Shown piece after piece: positions 52,251-64,000 of a stretch of 64,000 nucleotides of DNA. The DNA is taken from NCBI GenBank assembly GCA_051294375.1, contig CM119266.1, positions 7,588,606 to 7,652,605 of the forward strand, read 5' to 3'. Positions within the stretch are counted from its first letter, which is position 1. The number at the start of each line of letters is the position of its first letter. The notes beneath the pieces were generated by a model, which did no database searches, was not told the origin of the DNA, and worked only from the letters and a program-made list of their open reading frames with translations. Source of the DNA: Paraspadella gotoi (lineage: Eukaryota; Animalia; Chaetognatha). Position numbers and translations under genes: made by a program.

Positions 52251-54303
52251 GACCCTAACAGTGGCCAAGGAATCCCATCCAACGACAATTGACGCCACAT
52301 ACAAACTCCAACGCCAACTGGAAACTCGATCTCATTCCGACCTCAATTTTTGGCCTCGCCTCTTTTCTTTTTTTCTTTTTTCGGTTCCGACGCAAAAAGA
52401 TCTCGAGTCTTCGATTCCAAAGCGGAAAACAAAATATCCATTTCGTCGACTCGTGTCGATACATAAACAAAACGGAGACGATGACGACGGCGACGACGAT
52501 GACGACGACGATGACGACCAAGGCCGCGGGGACGGCGACGGCGACGAAAGGAGGACCATGATGATGACAACGATGATAACAATAACGACAGCGACGACAA
52601 AGAAAACGGCATTGGCGAGGACGACAACGACAAAGATGTCCATTGTCCATGATGACGACGATGGTGACAAAGACGACTACGGGGGCGAAAATGGCGACGG
52701 AGAAGATGGCGAAATNNNNNNNNNNCGATGGTGACAAAGACTACTACGGGGGCGAAAATGGCGACGGAGAAGATGGTGAAATGAAGACAATGTTGTTGAC
52801 AACAAAGGAAGAGAGCGACGGCGTCGGTGAAGAGGATGACAATGACGAAGACGACATTAAAGACAACGATGGCGATGACAAAGAAGATGGTGTAGACAAA
52901 GGAAACTACGAAGAGGGTGACGAGAAAAAATGATAGAAAAACCGCTAATACGATAACAACAATGAGGCGAGCGCTAATACCACGACGACGACAACGAAAT
53001 CCAAACGATGGAAGTCGAAGTAATAGAGTTTGTACTTATTACTTATTTACTTGCGATGAGGAAAGGTTTTCTTTTAAATAAAATGGTTTTTTTTTCGAAA
53101 ACTTTGAATATTATCTCTTGAACGTAATGAGTATCGTCTCAGGTTGAACATTAAAATTCGTTGGAGGAAAAGCTTCTTTTTCTATTAAATTTACATAATT
53201 ATTCTAAATTAAATTCATGGACCGACCGCTGTGTCGTTGTTGTTGTCCCAGATGAGATGATCGACCAAAAACCAGCAAGTAGTAAAGCGCCACTTGACAA
53301 AAAAAAAATGGTGACGACTGAAAGTGGAAATGAATAAAATGAAAAAATCCATTATTATTTGCTAGTATTTAATTGTGGATTAACGATCCGTGTGAAGGAC
53401 GGACAGATTTTTCTCCGAGATGTCGGCGCCTCACTAAAAGTTTGGGTATTTTCTCAGGTGTCAGAGCCAAACGACTTTTGATCTCGGACATATAGTTTGT
53501 AGTGTAATTAAAATTACGGAAGTGATGTACATATGGAATATTTAAGAAAGACAGAATCACTATTAAAGCACCTAAATATATTCGGCCAAGCACTTTCTAG
53601 CAAATTAAAAACAACTCCTTTCTTCTTTGTCTTTTTCATGTCAAATCCTTTTCTTGATTTTTCTTCCTCGCCGTCAACGTCCACTCAGATTAACATTGTC
53701 GCAGATGGGAAGGCAGCAATCGGCAAGAAGCGTTTTAATAAAAGATGACAACGTGACGATGCTAATTGACAAAGGTGGACGTTTAAGGGATTTGCTAGAC
53801 ATATTTTTTACTTATATTTTAATAACATTTAACAGATTTGGTCTTTGCCTCTCTAAATCTTTTTAAAATAGATTTAACATCTGACTAAAAAATCCTATAA
53901 AAAATAATTGTAATTATTGTTAATTTGGTGAGTCCAGAATGATTTTAAATGATCGCATGGATGTTACATATTAAGTAAATATTTTTTTTAATTAATATTT
54001 GTTAAAAATATCATTGATAAATGGGCTTACAGCAAAACTACAATCGTTAATTTAAAAGTCAAATTTTCATTTTGCGTAATAAAATTTCACTTCAAAAGTC
54101 AAAATGTCATTTTACGAGTCAAAATATAATTTCATGGGTAAATTGCTACTCCAATAATAATACTTGGGAATTGAGAACAAAAGATTGATTTTCCCTTAAT
54201 ATAACAGAGAACAGATTCTCAGAATCCTACTGTTCCAGTCATTTTCTCAAAATTAAGAATTAAGATTTGTTGCTTTTACTTCACAATTTTTCATAAAATA
54301 AAA

Positions 54304-57145
54304 ATGAATTTCCAGACGATTCTGTTGTTGTCATCAGTAATCATCAGTACGGCAGATATTTTCACTGATTTTCGTACAATGAAAATGTACTTAAACAAAA
54401 CCTTTTTTGTCGAACGAGGAATGGGCATTTGTATGGGATTTATACTGGCATTGCACATGATTGTTTCAGGCCTTTACACATGGAACTGCGTAATGAAGAA
54501 CCCTTCGGCATTCCCAAGACTCTATGGCAAAACCTATAAAAAGATAACAACGCTACTTTTATGTTTTTTGGGAGTTGGAAATATGCTCTTTCACGTCGAT
54601 AGTTATCTCGATACAAAAAAGAAAACCATTGACGACAATTCATTAAAAATGAATATTTTGAAACAACAATTTGCTAGATCCCTGGATTTGATTCATTTGT
54701 TGCTCGAATCGTTTCCTCAACTCATCGTCCAAGGTTTAGCCGTCGTCGTCTCTTGGACATCCGGCACGGACGAGCAATGCTTTCCTGATCACATTTATTG
54801 GGGATCAAACTATTCAATGACAGGATTTGTTTACAAATTCAACACGGAATTTCACATGGTCAAAACGTCAGAAACGTGCTTCTGCGATTCCATGGACTTT
54901 TCCCGCCAAAGATCCTATTGCATTTGGAGGGTGAAAGATTATCAAACTCTCTTCTCTTTCTCAATGTCCGTCGTGAATCTGGCGATGACTGCTGCCAAAC
55001 GGCGGGAAACGAGTTATCCAATCACAATACTCGGATGCATTCAAGGAATCGTCGGCATCGTTATTAACTTGTATCTCATTTTCACTAAAACTTTGAACGT
55101 TTCAACCTGGTTCATTTCGTTCACTCCGCTGGTTTTGTTAAGAGTTTTTAGCGTCACGGAAATTAAACAACTTATTCACGATTTGAGATTTAAAAATGAA
55201 AAAATAATTAACATAAATATTACGGCGATCGAATTTTTATTAGTCTCGTCGTGGAATCTTTTCATTTTCTCTTTTTTCTTCAACATTGATAAACATTTTT
55301 TGTTGAGTAATTATTTTACGGGCAATCTTGAGAAATATGGTTTGGCGAACTTAGCTCTATCGGAGCAGAGTCCCAAGCTTTATAGTATGTATGATTAGTG
55401 TCAATCAGATATTTATTAATTGAATCCTCCATCTGGGATGGATATTATAAATTTTACAAATATGTCACAAACCCACAGGGCACATTAAGTGTGGGGACAT
55501 GTCACACTCAAAAAGGGACTTGGCATATCCCGAACTCGTTTTCACAGGGTGTGTCCTCTAAGGGCGTTACGTTGCCACCTAATTTAACAGTATGTTGTAC
55601 ATCAACACTTTAAGGGAGAATCATAATCGTGACAGGCTGGTTTAACTACAGTACCTGATTGTGACATAAAAATATCCAAGGCACACTGAGAGTGGGTGGT
55701 TGAGCCACATTCAAAGAAAAACTTGGAACACCCATCGTGCAAAATTTGGTTATTAAATTTAACTAATGGCACGTGAGTTATTGAGTCTCAATAGATAGAA
55801 GTTGAATAATATTTAAATATAAGCGTTATTATTTATTTATTTGAAAAGATTATTACCTAGTTTATTAACTTTGACTTCATAACTCGATTGACATCAATCA
55901 TATTCGAAATCAGTTGTTTTCAATGGAACAACAATTGAAGATCCTCTTCATTTCTGCACACTAAAATCTGGATTGGTTAATGACGCCAGGTGGTCCAGAA
56001 TCAAACTGGGAAGTTGGAGATACATCACTCATTGTCCACCAGATCCTGCAAACGATCAACTAAAACTGGGCAATTATCGTCTGCTGCAACCAAATTATAT
56101 CCTCCTTTTGACACTTTTGTTTTTTGACGCAATTTCCGGGTTTGTCTACATTTTATTGCACTACATCTCTCGAAAAAGGTTTTTGACAATGATGAAATTT
56201 TTCACCAGCGCATGGGTTCCGACGATTGTGCTCGCCATCAACGTATTCTTTGTAGTCAATCACAAGGAACAACTGTTTAAAACTGGTTGTTACGAAAAAG
56301 ATGGGATCGAAAAAAAACATTTTTGCGAAGTTTCTGGCGAACCTCTGAGAAGTATAATAATATCAAAATTGAGAGTTTATGGAAGTTTTCAACTCGTAAC
56401 AAACTTTGTACTGACTTCTGTTTATTCATATTTTGTTTTATCCTTCTTAGAATCTCTACATAAATATGAAATAAAATTGTTCCCTAGAATTTATATATTT
56501 TGGGGGTTTTTGTCCGCATGTTTGTTCTGTGCATCTTTTTGCTTGTTTCACTTTTACAAAATTCTAAATGAAGGGGAATATTTTAAATATATTCGATATT
56601 CACCTTGGTATAAATTTCGGGAAAGAATTAGTGATATGAGAAGTAAAATGTTTTTATTTTTTTTATTTCATGAAAATATATCAGTGTATGTTTCGGGTAC
56701 TATAATGCCATTTTTAGTCTTTATTTCTTCATTACTAATAAAAGTAACCAAAGGAAAAAAGAGAAAGAAAGTGACCAAATTTATCTCAATATTTATGACC
56801 ACAGCATCAATGATTTCATGTTATCATTTTTCAAGAATCCCGTCCAAATCTTATGATACAAATTCTTTATACAAGCAATTAAATAATTATTATTATCGTA
56901 AGTTACGGAAATGGTCGAATCTCGTTTGGCTTCAAACTTTGACAAACGCACCGAATTTTTACTGCGTTTTAAAGATGCATGCTGATTATGTACCGTATGT
57001 TGGAGGCTCATTAGATTTTGTGAATTATAGCAAAACATTTGACAGCACCCGAGGTTGCATCCGCAACGTATATACAGAAGAGTTGGCTTTTATGAGATTT
57101 TTGGTTATACTTTTGCCAACGATAGGTATTCTGAGTTTATTTTAA
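54304..57145 (+). CDS. XK-related multi-pass membrane protein, paralog 2; join(54304..55384,55914..57145), 770 aa
   Basis: ORF 54304..55398 (ADIFTDF, LESFPQLIVQ, FSFSMSVVNLA) ends at donor TAT A|gtatgt. Acceptor aatcag|TT at 55913/55914 is in frame with ORF 55973..57145, whose LKLGNYRLLQPNY aligns with LNLGNYLLLSPKY of paralog 1. Confidence 0.85.
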
Positions 57146-57489
57146 TTGTACATGTAACCTTGCACTTTTTGACATTGATCATTGATAAAAATTTATCAAA
57201 TACAGACTGATAAGAAATCTTGTTAATAAAAAATAAACAGAAACCAAATTGAAAGAAATAACGTTTAAAATTTCTTGTAGCAATTCAAATATATTGAGTA
57301 TCATTAAGTTATAAGAAAAAATCTGAAAAGTATAGTGATTTCGCCAGATAATGAAAAAATTCGGGGAAAAAAACTAATGTTTATATTTTATTGATGTAAT
57401 AATAATTTATTGTTGTGATAGTAATTGATTGATGTAATAGTAATTGATTATTGATGCAATGATAACCAAATTATTTATGCGATGATAAA

Positions 57490-58187
57490 GATATAAAGTT
57501 TCGATGGAATCGTGCGAGTGGAAATGAGTTTAAATGGAACAAACATAAGTTGCATTTACTAAAATCTTTTTACTTATTTAATCATAATTGGATGAATAGA
57601 TTTAGTTGAAATTTTGTGTGTGGGTAGGAAAGTGTGTGACGAAGCTTGATACAAATTTTCGGTGGAAACGTACGAGTGGAAATGAGTTTAAATAAAAAAA
57701 ATATGAGTCACATTTACTTGAATCTTTTTGTTTTCACGATCTTGTTAGTCCTGCAATGTTACTTATTTTAACCCATAATTACTCGAATTAATCATAATTG
57801 AATTAATAGATTGAAAAGGAAAGTGTGTGAAGAAGCTAGATATAAAGTTTTGACGGAATTGTGCCTGTGGAAATGAGTTTAAATGGAAAAAAACATAATT
57901 CACATTTTCTGGAATCTTTTTAGTCGGATCTGCTTATCAGCAGATCCCGACTCTATAATTCACTTTGTCGGTCCATCGGTCCGCCCCGTCAATATTGTCG
58001 GGCACACACTTATATCATGTCAGAACATCAAATTATGATAAATTATGCTAAGAGATGAAACGAAAAATTTGTTGTAATAGCAATTTTGCTATTACAACAA
58101 ATTTTTTTCGTTTCATCTCTATTTTAAATAGCAAAAAAGAAAGTCAAAATACAATGATAAATTATGCAAAAAAAATGATGTCCGTCC

Positions 58188-58223
<36 letters not shown>

Positions 58224-58745
58224 GAACGTTCGTCCGTCCGTCCCAACTTAGCAAAAAACTCCAATTACTCGTGATTGGATGGATGGATTGGTATAGATAT
58301 TTTGTGTGTGGGTAGGAAACTGTGTGATTGAGATGGATATGAAGTTTCGAGGGAATCGTGCGAGTGGAAATTGGTTTAAATGGAAAAAACAAAAAAAATA
58401 TATTTCACTATTTGAATGCCAATTGTCATGAGTGGATAGGGCAATTGACTTGAAATTTTGTATGATGGTGGGAAAGTGTGTGATTGAGCTGGATATAAAG
58501 TTTCATGGAATCGTGCGAGTGGAAATGAGTTAAAATGGAAAAAACAAGTCATATTTACTTGGAAGTATTTTTACTTAAATTTACTCATAATTATTGTTTA
58601 TTAAAAATTGGATAGATAAAGCGAAATTGAATTTTGTGTGTGGGTAGGAAAGTATGTGATAAAGCTGGATATAAATTTTTTGATGGAATCGTAGGAGTGG
58701 AAAAGAGTTCAAATTAAAAACCAAAAGACACATTTATTTGAATTT
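57490..58745 (+). repeat. Diverged ~150-190 bp tandem repeat units (core gatataaagtttc..ggaatcgtgcgagtggaaatgagtttaaatggaaaaaa)
   Basis: Core recurs near 57490, 57650, 57840, 58337, 58492 and 58668; inverted near 62190-62400. Confidence 0.85.
58051..58120. repeat. 70-bp near-perfect hairpin inserted in the HINE-like element
   Basis: AGAGATGAAACGAAAAATTTGTTGTAATAGCAA followed by TTGCTATTACAACAAATTTTTTTCGTTTCATCTCT. Confidence 0.85.
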
Positions 58746-58774
58746 TTTAAAGTTTCCCTCTCTCTATCTCTCTC

Positions 58775-58801
<27 letters not shown>

Positions 58802-58805
<4 letters not shown>

Positions 58806-59550
58806 CCAAATTATGCCAATTGACAAAAATATGCCAGTTGACCAAATACTTAAAGTGACCAAATTAGGCCTGTTGACCAAATTCTGCAAGTTGATCAAGT
58901 TCTGCAAGTTGACCAAATTATGCCTGTTGACCAAATTATGCCAGTTGTCCAAATTAGGCCAGTTGATAAAATTATGCCAGTTGACTAAATTATCTTAATT
59001 GACCAAATTATGTCAGTTGACCAAATTATGTCAGTTGACCAAATTATGCAAGTTGATTAAATTATGCAAGTTGACCAAGTTGGCTTATTACCACTTAATT
59101 ATCGTAGGCAGATCCGACATTGTTTGCTCAAACTTGTTTATTTATGATTACTAATAAATGTTTTAATTAATTAATTAATTAATTTGAAAAAATGATACAA
59201 TTTAAAAAAAATTATGCCAGTTGAAAAAATTATGCAAGTTGAAAAAATATGCAAGTTGAAAAAATTATGCAAGTTGAAAAAATTATGCAAGTTGAAGAAA
59301 TTATGCAAGTTAAAAAAATTATGCAAGTTGAAAAAAATGATGCAAATTGTAAAAATGATGAGTTGAAAAAATTATGTGCGTGGAAAAAATTATGTGCGTG
59401 GATAAAATGATGCGAGTTGAAAAAATGATGCAAGTAAAAAAAATGATGCAAAATGTAAATGAAAAAATGATGAGTTGAAAAATTATGTGTGTGGAAAAAA
59501 TGATGCCAGTTCAAAAAATGATGCGAGTTCAAAAAATGATGCGAGTTAAA
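58802..59550 (+). repeat. 18-19 bp minisatellites (TTGACCAAATTATGCCAG)n at 58802-59078 and (TTGAAAAAATTATGCAAG)n at ~59185-59550
   Basis: Directly visible tandem units; they generate the periodic ORFs 58764..58998 and 59230..59532. Confidence 0.92.
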
Positions 59551-61832
59551 AAAAATTTTAAAAAATTTTGTGATTTATCATCAGATTACCGCTTAATTAT
59601 TGTAGGCAGATCCGACATTGTTTGCTCAAACTTGTTATATAACTAAAAAGCGTGACGCCGACGCAGATAATGACGACGACAACAACGATGTCACAAGAAG
59701 CTAAAGGGATCCAAAATCACTTTTAGAATTTTAATTAAAGTTTAATTTAGAAATTTTACTAAGCCTTACTGTATATATAGTTATACATAATATGCAATAT
59801 GCATATAGGACTAGGTAGATACGATTATATAGTAAGATCCGTCAGAAGGACACACATATTATTCCTCAGGGATGTCACTGGGTCACAAAGAAGGTCAGGC
59901 GCTTCCCCAGGCATAGAAAACACAACTTAGACCCGTTATAACCCTAAGTTAACGCTTGATTAAATAAAATTAGGGTCGTTATGTACAATATATTCAAGTA
60001 TAGACCTATGAAAAGATAGCAATTACATATTAATATATTAATAGATGCTAAACCTAAGTGTTGAGCTAGCAAGAGCATAGTAGTTCAAAACCGACCCTTG
60101 TAATCCTAGCTGACTAAGGGATAATTCTCTGAGAATATATTTTCTTTACTAAACATAGAAAGGTCAGCTGGAATCACAAGAATAATTAAAGTAATAAACT
60201 AGCAATTATGACAATTAAATCATTAATTATTTATCTATTAATGGAACCACAAATAAACATGATCATTACTAATGTAAAATAATAATATTAAACCTTTAAG
60301 GTAATAGAATAAAAATTTATCAAAGCTTAATCAGAATACGACAATTTGCAAATGAGATTGAGGAACTCAATCTCATTTCAGACAATTCACAAATTAATCT
60401 GCTACATAGAATAACGATATAGTTCTATGGCACACGGCAGAGGGAACTTGGCGCATCTCACTGACATTGGGTTAGGCACTTCGGATCACCTTTTTTACGG
60501 TAGTCATGTGGTTTGGTCCAAAAGCTCTAAGACTGTCCCACAAAGTACGCCACAAGCTCAGAGCCTCAGACTAGACCGCGATCACTTTTGGCAAAGACGA
60601 GGGGGTGGCAGAGTAACAGTAACGAGTCAGCGGACGAATAGACGTTACTACTAGTAGTTCGTTACGAGTCATGTGCTTTAAGGAAACAGTGACCTCTGGG
60701 ATCAAACCTGAGATGCGAGTTTGAGACATCTCGGCTACGCGGGATGGACGGTGAGAGTGTGGAGGTGTGGAGGTTTGGGTCACCGCCATTTTCATTCAGT
60801 TACGGCAGAATTCGGAAGACATTAACTCGTAAGAGAGATTCTCAAATTGCTTCTTATTTTGTTAGAACATAGAAGGAAAAGTAGTTAATTGATAAAAGCA
60901 CAATTTCTTAAAAAGTTATTACATGCACTGAGAGTAGTAAAATCATTTTCATTATGTCGAGGCAGTACGAGTACAAAAAAAATTTAGTATCATTAAACAA
61001 AATATTTCGACCTTTTAAAAAAAAAAATTTGAACAGTTAAAACCCATCTTTGCATTTTTTGGGCTCAATATCTCTCTCTTTTTAGTTGCGCCGAGAGTAC
61101 TCAACCTCAAATCTCAAACCTCAAATCTAAGGGACTGCTCGCGCCGCCTTCTGGAATTAAGGAATAAAAGACGGAATTCCGATGCAGTGCGTGTCATAAG
61201 TACACAGACTAAGAAAGTTATTGTAGTCATGTCATGTCGCGTCATGTCATGGCATGTTACGATATGTTATGTCACGAAAAATACACGTGATAAGGCAGTT
61301 ACTGCGGCGTAACACATTTGAATTACCGTTCTTGTTTACAGTATAAAATTATTTTCATTCTTATTAATTCTTTACTACAAAAAAATATAAATTTTGTTAT
61401 ACTCGCAGTGCCTCTAAATAATGATAATACAATTTGTTATTATCATATTAATGAAAGAATTTTACCATTAATACCAGTAAACCAATTAAATGATTTTCCA
61501 TACTGCCTACTAGAAAGCAAAACTTTCTCATTTACCTCAACAAAAAAATACTTCTATCTGTAAATGAAAGAAAGCATTTCTAGGAAATTGGATTTGCACG
61601 GACGTCACGGCAGTAGTTTTTCGTTTGACATGTCATATGCACTTTTTATCCTTCTCCACCGATAATACAATGGGGAGAAATTCAAATAGCACCGAAAAAA
61701 AAGTTTGTACTTTCAAAAAATAATGGAAAAAAATTTAAGATTAAACGAATAATAATGATTCAACATATGGACAGAAATTATATCAAGCATACGGTAAGTC
61801 TTACGACTATTTGACAATAAGAAGAAAAGATA

Positions 61833-62641
61833 AACAACTTTGAGCAAACAATGTCGAATCTGCCCACAATCATTAGCGGTAATTAATTAATTAATTAATT
61901 AATACAAACTATATAAACTAAAATAATAATTTAATTGTTAAATTAATTTATTGATTGATTAAATAATTAATTAAATTATAAATAAATTGATTATTGAATA
62001 ATCAATTAATAGATAACTAAATAAATGGATTAATTGAATAATTGATTGATTAATTAATTATTTATTAATTAATTGATGAATTGATTAATTAACTAATTCA
62101 TTATTTTATTATTAATACATCTTGAATTTACACCTAATATAAAAAGAAAAAGAAGCATAATCAATTAGTGAAACAGGTTTTTTGTTTTTTCCATTTAAAC
62201 TCATTTCCACTCAGACAATTCCATCTAAACTTTTTTTAATCACACACTTTCCTACCCACATACAAAATTTCAAGTCAATGGCCCTGTCCACCTATGAGTA
62301 ATTAGCGTTCAAATAGTGATATAGGGGTTTTTTTCCATTTAAACTCATTTCCACTCACACGATTCCATCGAAACTTCATATCCAGCTCAATCACACACTT
62401 CCCTACAGACACACAAAATTTCATTTCAATCTATTCATTCAATCACGAGTAATTGGAGTATAATGCTAAGGGGGGACATGGACGGACGGACGGACACAAT
62501 TTTTGTGCATAATTTTTCATAATTTGAGGTTCTGAGATGATCTAAGCGAGTGACCGACAAGATTTGGGGGGTGGACAGACAGAACGACAACGACAAAGTG
62601 AATTATAGTCGGAATCTGCGATATGCAGATCAGACTAAAAA
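61833..62641 (-). mobile_element. Second, inverted copy of the same HINE-like family
   Basis: aacaactttgagcaaacaatgtcgaatctgc (3' end, reversed) at 61833; inverted central repeat units 62190-62460; ggacggacggacggac; agtcggaatctgc..gcagatcagactaaaaa (5' end, reversed) at 62607-62641. Confidence 0.7.
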
Positions 62642-63187
62642 CTAAGAAAAAGAGAGAAGGCTTTTAAATATTGTCTGTTCCGAAGACAAGTTAATGCAAC
62701 AATGTCTATTCTTCTGACAGCTAAATGTTAAGGGATATACCTTATAAGGAATATTATGTACGTTAAACAAGTTGATCAAATAATTAAATATCTGCAAAAG
62801 GCAAAAAACAACGTTGAGATTGTTAAAAAACGTAATATTTCTGAGGTAATACTTAAAATTTAACACGATTTGTTACTGGGTAATAACGAATTTTAATATA
62901 TTTAAAATTGTTTTCAATAAATTTAAATTCATTTTAAGTGAGGACGATAAAATTTATATACAATGTAAAGCTTAATATAGATTGAGAGCTATATCTTAAT
63001 TAATCATATTCGATATTACATTTTAGTTTACAATAATTTGGGAGCAATATACCATCCTCCCCTTAAAGACTAAGTAGTACATTGCATAGCGAGATGTGCA
63101 AATATTTGAGCCACCTTCAACCTTAAACACTCGCAATTTTATGTGGGATTTTCTTAAGATTTGTATATAATATTTTTAAATTCAATA

Positions 63188-64000
63188 ATGAATTGGACAC
63201 CCGTTTTCATTTTTTTAGCTTTAAGCATAAATGTTGCGGATATTTTTACTGATTTCCAACAAATGATGTCCTTTATTAAAAAGAAGTTTTACGTAGAACA
63301 TGGAATCGGAGTTGCGATGGGAATTGTATTAGCGACGCACATAACAATTTCGGGCGCTATACTTGGCACTGCATTAAAAAAACATTCGTCCGTTTTTTCT
63401 AGACTTTACGGCAATATTTGGAAAAAAATAACAACCATACTGTCTTGCTGCCTCGGTGTGAGTAACATTCTTTTTCACATTGACATTTATCTGGACACAA
63501 AATACCAAGCACAGAGAGATAATTTAAAGTACGTAATCGCCACAAAGAATCACATTGCCCAGTCCCTCGATTTGATACACTTGATGCTCGAGTCCTTTCC
63601 ACAAGTTCTCCTACAGGGTTTAGCACTCGTTGTTTCTTGGACGTCTGGAACGGACGAGCAGTGTTTTCCCGATAACATTTATTGGGGAATAAATTTAACG
63701 ATGGGAGGAACTTTATTCAAATTCGATGAAAATTCTAATCTCATTGAAACGTCGGTGCCCTGCTTCTGCGATGCGGTCGACAGATTAGGTAGAGATATTT
63801 TCTGTAAATGGAGATTGAAAGATTATCAAACGCTGATATCATTTTCATTGTCTGTCATGAATCTGGCGATGACTGCTGCAAAACGGCAGAAACGAGTTAT
63901 CCCCTCATCGGTTTAGCTGTTCTACAAGGAACGATCGGCATTGTTATTTATTTAATTTCATTTTACCCGGACGATAAATATCTTGAAGTGTTTTATATTT
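63188..64000 (+). CDS. XK-related membrane protein, paralog 3 (5' part, runs off the window; apparent frameshift near 63890)
   Basis: ATG at 63188 (MNWTPVFIFLALSINVADIFTDF). Close to paralog 2 (LESFPQVLLQGLALVVSWTSGTDEQCFPD ... CFCD ... CKWRLKDYQTL). Homology continues past the track's stop in a shifted frame (TSYPLIGLAVLQGTIGIVI). Confidence 0.8.

Larger units (their letters stand above)
57917..59636 (+). mobile_element. Non-autonomous Helentron/DINE-1-like (HINE) element with two 3' ends (59138 and 59636)
   Basis: T-run, then 5' subTIR AGTCGGATCTGC (57922-57933) with adjacent inverted copy GCAGATCCCGACT; (GTCY)n microsatellite 58179-58241; central tandem repeats; 3' subTIR GCAGATCCGAC (59108, 59606) followed by stem-loop GTTTG-CT-CAAAC and TTGTT. 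No coding capacity. Confidence 0.7.

Noticed and set aside
52210-52933. Asp/Thr-rich ORFs
   Set aside because: Degenerate GAC/GAT repeat with a gap-flanking duplication; no domain or splice support.
53360-53870. Several 70-80 aa ORFs upstream of XKR paralog 2
   Set aside because: No recognisable motif or consistent splice structure on either strand.
58764-59532. Periodic ORFs (LTKLCQ and HHFF repeats)
   Set aside because: Translations of 18-19 bp minisatellites.
60420-60830. GC-richer patch with short ORFs between the HINE-like copies
   Set aside because: No RT, transposase, Rep or helicase motifs; not assignable.
1-64000. tRNA/rRNA genes and SMRTbell adapter sequence at the foldback junctions
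   Set aside because: I saw no tRNA cloverleaf/T-loop, rRNA signature or adapter by eye; tRNAscan-SE, Infernal and an adapter screen would be decisive.

Overview
AT-rich animal (invertebrate-like) draft-assembly DNA, dense in (AG)n, (AAG)n and (ACG)n microsatellites, with ten N-gaps. Most short ORFs in the track are translations of low-complexity repeats. The supportable genes are: (1) a same-strand cluster of three divergent XK-related (XKR/CED-8 scramblase fold) multi-pass membrane genes at about 39.6-42.1 kb, 54.3-57.1 kb and 63.2 kb to the window end. The two complete ones are unusually long (about 770-785 aa). All three carry a 4-Cys loop inserted after the ExxPQxxxQ motif, and their introns lie at different positions. 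(2) A spliced minus-strand gene the ORF track missed (43090-43787), encoding signal peptide, charged propeptide, RR and a single ShKT domain, i.e. a toxin-precursor-like architecture. Non-autonomous Helentron/DINE-1-like elements, a MITE-like foldback and minisatellites lie at 42.4 kb and 57.5-62.6 kb. Positions ~2.6-40 kb are about 15 kb of unique sequence repeated 2-3 times in alternating orientation with indel-rich copies, joined by four exactly 25-N gaps. This is most likely a long-read gap-filling artefact rather than real amplification. The species cannot be identified from the sequence alone.
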